DNA of 57,163 nucleotides, counting the filler, from Sphacelaria rigidula (taxonomy: Eukaryota), in the NCBI GenBank assembly GCA_964200075.2. It is 7 parts of 7 records of this genome, joined end to end, with 100 filler letters (N's around TTAATTAATTAA, not from the genome) between each part and the next. Parts side by side here need not be neighbours in the genome. Positions count along the whole stretch, not along the records: positions 49,085 to 57,163 come from CAXNAA020012379.1; 6 more parts are not named here. The stretch is one strand, 5' to 3'. The position numbers were made by a program, and so were the translations under genes. This document shows, piece by piece, positions 49,085-57,163 of the stretch (positions are counted from its first letter, which is position 1; each line of letters starts with the position of its first letter). The notes under the pieces were generated by a model that was given only the letters and a program-made list of their open reading frames with translations, searched no databases and was not told the origin of the DNA.

Positions 49085-51236
49085 GCAAAAGATATGCATG
49101 GTCTTGGCGTGATGTAGCGGGTTTGCATTAGTACGGTAGCGGTTGTATACTGTTGTACGGGGTCCTAGGATGCCTTGCGTACACAAAGCAACCCATCTAG
49201 AGGCTACCTTCTATGCCTAACCAATGCATAACTTTGTTTTTGCGACACCAGTACCAGTACCAGTCCACCTTCACGAGACAAGGAGTAGTTACGAAAAAGC
49301 GACAAATACTCAGGGATCATAGGGAGCATCAGATTGTCGGGTTTGCTCCCTCTTGAACGTGGACATTCATCCATGACGTTTATCAGGACCTCAAATCTAT
49401 CAGGGTCATTGGGATATCCCAGAAGAATATTCATTTTGGACCTGGACACCTCGCCGGGGTCTCGGATCAGCCCAGGGAATCCTTTTGATACGGACGTCAA
49501 TCTGGAGTGCGGACTTCTATCTCAATGAGTGTCAACAAAACCCAAAAACCATATAATGACTCTAACCCCGACCCTAAAATTATGGGCTGATATGCATACA
49601 AGTAGGATAGCTCGCGCTGGTAAAGAGCAGCGCAGTATAAGTTGGTGGCAAGGAACGTAAACCTCAAACAGTTATGCAGGGTCCCTCCATTAGCTACAGC
49701 CATAAGTTTCACCATCTCAGTCCATAACTGTACACTAGCCCTGTATTCTGACTTGAAATCTTGCTTTTAAAAGTTGATCATCTGTCACACGGCCCATCGT
49801 AAAAGGCTGGTGCCCCCATTGAGGGAGGAGGAGACACGAGGGGAAAATATATCAATTTCTGAGTGAGTGGTGACGAAAGCGTCCACGTGGGAGATGGAGG
49901 GAGCGCGTCGAATAGGTGGAGAAGGAGAGCATGACTTTGGAGGGGGGGTGAAAAGGGCGGGGAATCGACCAGAGTCATCGATGAACATCAGGGTCAATCG
50001 TGTGCGTAGGTTGCGATATGCTCTCAGTAAACCTAGAGAAAGTGAATAGCACGAAAGACGTTGAAATAGCTCTATATTGTAGCGCAACTGTTGTGCGCAT
50101 TGATCACCCTTTTCATTGCGGAATGACGTGTGCAGCAGTTGCACATAAGATATGAAGTGTGAGGAAATGTGCTCACTGTGGGCAACCAAGCAATTTTTCT
50201 GGGAAATGGACGGCACTTTCTTTGTTTAGCACCTCCGCATCCTCCCATGTTATATGGGTGTACCTACATTTCGACATACATGAGCCCACCAGTCTCATCA
50301 CTTGGTAACAGTTATACTGTTTTAGACTGTACACACCATCGGAATATGATGGCGTCTACAGAAAGCGGTGCGACATCGTTGGTCGGCAGGTATACCGTTG
50401 TTCGGCAAGCTGGGTGGCTAAGGCGAGCACGGACTGAGAACTATAAAAGCAACCTGCCAGGAGCTGGCATCTTCAACAAAGCCGTGCTGGCTACATTCCG
50501 GAATGACGTGGTACAATGCAGGTGCACCGACAGCACAGAATGGTAACTGAGTTAAAGAACGTTACTCAACGTACAGGTTAAGTCGATCGTCTGGTCGAGA
50601 GTCAGTCGAAATTCAGTCGAGTTATTTCCTGGGATGAACAATCGATTACTGTGGCGCGCACACTGTGCTCACTCGTTATCTCTACCTCCCGCCTCAACAC
50701 TTCGGACATTTGACTGTTTGAAGCCGCATCAATAATAAACGAAGAAATCAAACACAGCATAAAATTTTCTTCCCAGCATCTGCAGCGACAGCTCGATTCA
50801 TCGGTTACGGCTGGTCAGTGCGGCTTGAGCGTGATTTGACTGATTGGTCGACTGGTCGACTGGTCGACTGGTCGGTTGGTCGTTTGGTTGTTGTTACACA
50901 TTAACTGATCCGCTCCAAACCAAGTCCAGCCGCGGCAACCAGATGAATGTACCCAACGAAATCACATCGAAACTCTCGCTGAAGGAAATTCGAGAAGAGG
51001 AGTAGCGTACGGTCAACTACCGTGATGGGTGTAGATATTCACGACAGGTTAACCTACTTGTCCATGGGGATAGAGCGGAGGGCTAGTGACCCCAGGCGCA
51101 CCAAATCAACATCTATCTATGTACAGAAACACGTTTAGTGACTACTGTGTCTAATGCGGATATATCTTTATTTTATTCATTTTTCCTCCCCTTTTTTCTT
51201 TTCTTGTCTTTTTCTTGTCTTTTTCTTGTCTTTTTC

Positions 51237-51305
51237 TCTTCTTTTCTTTTCTTTTCTTTTCTTTTCTTTTCTTTTCTTTTCTTTTCTTTTCTTTTCTTTT
51301 CTTTC
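51237..51305. repeat. (TTTTC)n microsatellite
   Basis: Perfect pentanucleotide run within a longer T/C-rich tract. Confidence 0.95.
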
Positions 51306-51450
51306 CGTTTTTTGCTTTCTTAGTCTGTCCCGTTTGTCTATTATTCTACGTTTCTGTTTTCTCCCGCTCATCTTCAGTGAGTGTTTCCGTGTCATGTCAT
51401 CTCGGGTATGTCCATCATGTGCCTATCGTGTGCCTACGGCTAGATGTCTA

Positions 51451-51590
51451 TACCCACGACATGGTCGCTCTCCTCTGTTGAGCATTGTGTGAGAAAATAT
51501 CCCAGATCGTGTGACTGAACCGAGATTCGAATCCACAACCCAACCGTCCGAAGGGTTCGAGGTTACCAATTGAGCCACGGGACGACCGGC
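51451..51590 (-). mobile_element. tRNA-derived SINE (family A), second copy
   Basis: Minus strand GCCGGTCGTCCCGTGGCTCAATTGG ... GGATTCGAATCTC. Body homologous to 2524-2653. Confidence 0.7.
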
Positions 51591-51614
51591 TTCTCTCTGC
51601 AGCAAAAAAACAAT

Positions 51615-51738
51615 GTCAAGCCACGTCGCATTGGGTTCCGCTTTGAACTTTTTAGCGCCCACTCTGAAGTTTCAAAGCTTTCACTCTGAACTCTGACTCT
51701 ATGATGATATTTTTTTCTTTCAAAACTCTCCACAATAT
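51615..51738 (-). repeat. Inverted partial copy of the left end of the 162-1246 element
   Basis: Reverse complement reads TCATCATAGAGTCAGAGT.CAGAGTG.AAGCTTT.AAACTTCA...GACGTGGCTTGAC, as at 191-283. Confidence 0.8.
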
Positions 51739-53336
51739 TCAGATCTAGTGTAGTTAGTGCCTATGCTAGTAATATATTGATTTTAGTGTGGAACCATATG
51801 TGTGCCATATGTCGGGATAGATAACGAGTTAGGTGAAGTTAAGGGTATATATCGTTTCCTCGTGCTCCAGGTAATGTGCACACCAAATATCGTCACCATC
51901 CGCTGTATACATACATCGTTCGGGGTTTTATATAGACTCTAGTATGAAGGCTATCTCCGTACGATATAGGAATTACTAGACATTAGGTTTAGTCAATGCG
52001 AAAAAAACGGCCCAGATTTTTTAGCAGATGGGCATCTTCCTCTTGATCGGACAATTTAATACGATATGCGAATCACGGTCCAACTCTTCTGTGTCCATGA
52101 GATATTTCAAAGAATTATGCCAAATGCTCATTCTTTGAAACCGGCCAGTTCAACCGGCACTTCACTTGTTGCGCCGCTATTTTCTATGTCCCCTTGCCCC
52201 TTGCCGTCAAAGTGGATACCGCACGGAGAGTATTCCTGCCAACAGGATATAGTACATGAATTATCCGGCCTACCCAAAGACGTGAACGAGAATGGAGCTG
52301 TACTGATTCATGTACATGCATGCGAGTGCCGCATTATGTACCGCATGTACGTAGATAAAAGCGATACCTGCATTACATCACGCATCAACAACATGCTGAA
52401 AATAACACCACGTGGCTCCACAGTTTTCAGCCAACGTGGCCCTCGCGTCTGCTGGGCGCTCACCGTCTGAAGCACGGTGGCCGCTGCATGGCGCCGCTCC
52501 CCGTAGTCCAATGCGGCAAATCTTTCTCGCGCCGCACGTTCTCTCGCTCGCCTCTCTTCCTCGCACTTCTGCGAGGGGCGGTGAAATGGCGTCCATCCTC
52601 TCAGAACATCGCAAGCTGCTGCAGTAGAAGCTTGGGATTGCCAGTGAACTTCAATATATGTCGCACCAACTTTGTTCTACATGTGTGGTGGTACTTTTTC
52701 TCGACTGTGCAGCGTAGGCTAATAACACACTTTCTTTTGCTAGCACGCTGTCTGTGGTGGTACTGGTTTCGGCTCTTGTTCTCACTGAGTTCGGACTACA
52801 CATGATTATGGTCGGGTGTCTACTCTTACTGGCGCGAAAACTTGTCCTGTTCGCATCCTCATCTCGTGGTCCTCACAAAACATGTGTTGACTGTGACTTA
52901 GTGGTCGTTACATCACAGCCCCACACAAGCATGACTAGGCGCTCGTTGAAGTCATGCATCTACCTAATCCCGATGTTTTTTGAGCGCATGCTCACCCATG
53001 AACTTGCCTGCTCATACTCTTTGCGCAACCGCCGCGTCTTCTTGACACGATCCCTCTTTTGCTGATCTGCGGTCGATGCAGTCTTAACGGGTGGGAAGAC
53101 GTCTCCGCTCGTGATTCCTCGTACCAAAGCCTGCCGCCTGGATGGTCGACCCATGGTGTAGACAACCAACTGAGGTGCAAACTGTGTCCATGTATCTCCA
53201 ACACCCGAAGATACATGTGCGGGAGATTTCACGGTGTGATGGTTTTGCGGCGTGACTCCAGGTGCAAAATCCAGAGCAAAAAAACGTAACCGCCAAAAAA
53301 TGAGCGTACGCGAATCACTCAATCATTCGGACAGTA

Positions 53337-54233
53337 GTGTATTCCTTCGCACACATTTTGCGCGACCGTGGAGGACGGCTTTCTGGGGAAACATATACGG
53401 GCATGGTCCCACCTCACTCTGTCACACATCGCAAAGAACATGCCCGAGCTTTGGACAGTCCACAAAAACCTGTTGTAAATCAGACCCCGGCGACAAACGG
53501 GGATCCAGCGGATGCTCAAGAGTCGCCAATAACGGTCACGATAGCACCACAACGCCAGGCACGGCCTCGTCTGCATGAGCCCTTTGTATCGCCAGAGTTT
53601 GCCGTGACAACAGAGAGACCAGGCGGAATCTACCCTGGAGATAGCGCTTTCCTCGGCAGCGATAACGCGCGGTGGTGTGTTCGTCCTGACACCCTACCGA
53701 CACAGCAGGTAGCACCACTCTGCACCGTATTGCCCGCATCCGCCACTCATGCAGATTCGATTTTACTCGCTAAAGGGTCGGCAGTTTCTGCTGCTGGTCG
53801 TGCCTCTGTCGTTTCATCATCATGCGGTGGACAACGGGGTAGCCATGTAGCCATCGCGCCCAGCTCTGGTGCTGTGGGTGTTTTGAGTGCTCTGGGCGGT
53901 GAGCAGCAAAAGCACAAGCTCAAGCCTCAATCCGCGCCACTACGAGATTCGTCCGGAACTGGTGTTACACCCAGCGGAAAAGGACAAAACATTACACGAC
54001 CACAGCAGCAGATACCTCTTGGGGATCTATCATCTCTTGTGGCGCAGTGTTCGTGCACGTGGGGAGGAGACGTAGGATCTATTCTAGGACAGCATATGAT
54101 CTCTTCTACTGGCTCAAGTCGTCGATCTGCCGTGGTAACTACAGGGCTGTTTCCACAGACTATCCGAATGAGGTGCATGCACTGTAGCTGTGAACGTACT
54201 GTCGCGTATGCAAGAATAGCAAGAATGTGGTGA
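53337..54233 (+). CDS. Hypothetical 298-codon S/P/A-rich ORF (possible exon or decayed gene), no recognisable domain
   Basis: Supported only by ORF length. Non-ATG start in the track; no motif recognised. Confidence 0.2.
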   Translation: MYSFAHILRDRGGRLSGETYTGMVPPHSVTHRKEHARALDSPQKPVVNQTPATNGDPADAQESPITVTIAPQRQARPRLHEPFVSPEFAVTTERPGGIYPGDSAFLGSDNARWCVRPDTLPTQQVAPLCTVLPASATHADSILLAKGSAVSAAGRASVVSSSCGGQRGSHVAIAPSSGAVGVLSALGGEQQKHKLKPQSAPLRDSSGTGVTPSGKGQNITRPQQQIPLGDLSSLVAQCSCTWGGDVGSILGQHMISSTGSSRRSAVVTTGLFPQTIRMRCMHCSCERTVAYARIARMW

Positions 54234-56690
54234 AAGCTCTGACCACCAACGGCGCAAAAGACAGGGACCCTGGTTTTGGAACAATTCCATCGACTCGTCC
54301 ATTTTCTGCCGGAAAATGGGAAGTCTTCAGTTTTACGATGAACGAGTTCCACCCACGAGCTCCATTCCACATCCCATCTCAGAGTGTTCTAACAGCAGTG
54401 TAAGCGCCAATACAACTGTCGTCACCCCCACAACGACAAGATCACGTATACACGCAGTTGAGTCGTGGTGTTTGCAGTATCGGGGCTGTGCACGCGCCAA
54501 GCTGCACGAAGCAAGTAGTAGCGCTGATTTCTTGGGTCCCCATTTTCCAAGTTGGAAATTGAAGCTTCCGACACGACAAAAACGCCACGTGCAATTTCCC
54601 AGAAACGAAATAATGCATGGGAAACGTTCACAGAAAATGTGCAAGAATTGACAAAACTGTTGCGTTTCCCTCGTTCAGAACGAACCTCAGAAAAAGCAGG
54701 CCTAAGAAATCCGGATCATTCGCGTCCACCGTATGTAAAACCATAAAACCGCCTCATGAGAGATGTCACGACGACGACTGTGCTAAGTCAGATAGGAAAC
54801 TGGAACTCTGGCAGGTCAAAGGGTTGTACAAAGAAGCAGCACCCCCTGCTCAGGGGGTATTCCTGTTGCCATTCATCGAAGACCCAACGGTTACGCCTGA
54901 ATCCACCGCCAATCAACTTACATTAAGCTCGTTCGAAAGCTCACGTTTGGTTACATGTACGAATTTCTGCACGTGTTAGCGTTCTTTATGCTACGTAAGT
55001 CGAAAGCGTACATCGTCTTTTTTCCCTGGTGCTTGGGGTACATCTTCGTTGTAACTCTCAACTTGGAGCCGGTGATAGCTGTCTTGCCTCTTGGTTCATA
55101 TGTTGCTGCACGTATACCGGTTTCAAACAAGCGTACACGAGCACCACCATAATGACACGGATTTACCCCGGACGTGCAAGATAGTGGGGGATTGGCACCC
55201 ATTTTTAGTACACGTTCTGTTAGCATTCACACAGAAAATTGATATATGCGGAGCTCTGAGCGTTCCGCAACTCAGCAATTCCTGGAGGCAGTGGAAATAT
55301 GGGGAGTTTCAAATTACGCTTGATTCTACTTCAGCGTTAGTTTCCGCTTTATCATTATTATTATTATTATTTCCGCACATTAGTCCGATCTCGCGAACCC
55401 GTGGTCACAGACGTAGGCTCGCCTTTCCAATACCGTCCCTGCTATTCCTTACCAGACACATTACCAAAATAAAGAAGAAGAAAAATATAAGAAGAGCGAC
55501 GCCACGAAAACCGGTGAAAAGTAGCTCCCCCGAGTTCAACGGAGAGAGAAAAGAAAGAAAGACAAAACAAACAAACAAACAAACAACAAACGCCAGATCT
55601 GTCAGAAGTGTACACCGAAAGAAAGGAAGAGAGAAGATAATAAAGGGCAAGAACCATTATATTTATGTTTTCCTCATTTTGCGAGAGTATCGAATACACA
55701 TGAGTTGGTCGGTTGGCTGCTTGGTTGGTTGATTGTCGCACATTAACTGATCCGTCATGTTCCAGTCGTGGTCATCATCCACATGATAGACGTATCCGAG
55801 GAAGACACCAAAAAAACACTCGCTGAGGGAAAGTGGAGCAGACAAAAAAAGGTGGAACAGGCACAACGAGTAAACTGTAAAAAACAAAAATGAAACAAAA
55901 ACAAACAAACATATAAACAAACAAAACAGAGGGGGGAAACTAGAAGCGATCGGCCTCTGCAACATGGCGTCAGATGGAAAAGATCTTGCGCAATGGCACA
56001 CGTATTCGTACCCAATCGAGACAAGAACAAAAAGCCATGGGGACAGATTGCGGTTTATCAATTTCCACCACACTATTTTCGGTATGAGCTCTCACCCACG
56101 AACCCTATGAAAGCGAGACACCAAACTGCGACTTGCGTACACTGGGAAAAACACACATCAGCAGAGTAGCGTGTAGACAGAGAGAATAGAGGGGAAAAGA
56201 AACAACAGAAACGATGAAGCCTGAGGATATCGTAAACTAGAGCAGGTACAAACACACAAACCAGGGAACACCGCAACACCACCGACCATGGACAAAATCG
56301 ACAACAGTTTTCGTGTTGATCCGTTTCCCTTATTCATCCCTGGTCGGGGACGAAGCGGGCAACTCTCCTGGTCATCTTCATCCTGGATTTCCTTGCACGC
56401 TGCTGCTTTTGTTGTGTTAACGTTGGCAGCTCTCCGATTGGCGGCTATCGTTTGCCGCGGAGGTCCGATCCATGTTTGTCTCCGCGTCGCCAGGTGTCCT
56501 CCAACTCTTCCGCCCGTTTCTAGACTCCAAAATACCATTTGCCCATGTTTTTCACCGCAGTAACCCAGTCGTAGGCGTCGTGAACCTCCACACTCCACAT
56601 TGTAGCTGTACCATTTCCATAGTACCTCTTCGCGTGGAAGGGCGCCCAGTGCATGCAGGTTCTCCTGGAGATCGTTTCCCCAGCGTTTGG

Positions 56691-57075
56691 GGGAGCGTTC
56701 TCATGTGTTGCTTGCCTTAGTCGTTTGACCATTGACCACGCATCCCTTTCGAGGCGGAGCACAGCGTTTGGGGGGGGGGGGGCTCCTTGATCCCTTGTTC
56801 AGCTGACCGTCCGTAGACGGCGCGTTTTGGGAGACCACGTGTTCAATAAGATTTGCCGATCGGTAGGTAAGTCATGAAGTGCTTCGTGGGTATCCCAAGA
56901 AAACGAAAGTAAAATGATGATAATAATAACGATGGTGTGTGCGTGGTTTGGGAAGCTCTGCACTATCGCACAAGCTCCATGCAGAACATGAACATCCATC
57001 TGGGGGGGAGCGTACTCATTTGTTGCTTGCCTTAGTCGTTGACCCTTGACCACGCATCCCTTTCGAGATGGAGCG
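56691..57075 (+). repeat. Two copies of the short CTCAT.TGTTGCTTGCCTTAGTCG repeat family
   Basis: 56691-56762 and 57002-57075 are near identical and related to 4381-4451. Confidence 0.8.
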
Positions 57076-57092
57076 CCGTTTATACTCCTAAT

Positions 57093-57163
57093 AACAGCCA
57101 ATCATCTATGTTGAGGATGGTGCTTTTCATTGAGGATGAGAACCCGGAGGATTAAAATCTTCG
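57093..57163 (+). mobile_element. Left end of another foldback MITE copy, running off the window
   Basis: AACAGCCAATCATC...GGATGAGAACCCGGAGGATTAAAATCTTCG matches 38655-38724. Confidence 0.8.

Noticed and set aside
51138-51492. Phe/Ser- and Lys/Arg-rich ORFs
   Set aside because: Translations of the (TTTTC)n microsatellite.

Overview
Eukaryotic, repeat-rich DNA, most likely from a brown alga (Phaeophyceae); this is inferred from the EsV-1-7-type gene, not proven. The window is not contiguous genome. It is seven contigs (8082, 8081, 8081, 8081, 8080, 8079, 8079 bp) in descending length order, joined by 100-bp N spacers carrying a TTAATTAATTAA six-frame-stop linker. The only convincing intact CDS is a 1016-aa EsV-1-7-type protein (12441-15491) with about 21 tandem 38-aa C-x4-C-x16-C-x2-H repeats. 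These repeats are highly homogeneous except at a few positions, one of which takes exactly four states (L/R/K/Q). Just upstream on the same contig and strand lie three tandem ~510-bp units, each containing a long fold-back hairpin with G:U pairs (candidate miRNA/hairpin-RNA cluster). The rest is decayed transposons: an RTE-like LINE, a Ty3/Gypsy element, tRNA-derived SINEs, several MITE/foldback families and a hAT/P-like non-autonomous element with an 8-bp TSD. All alignments and folds were read by eye.
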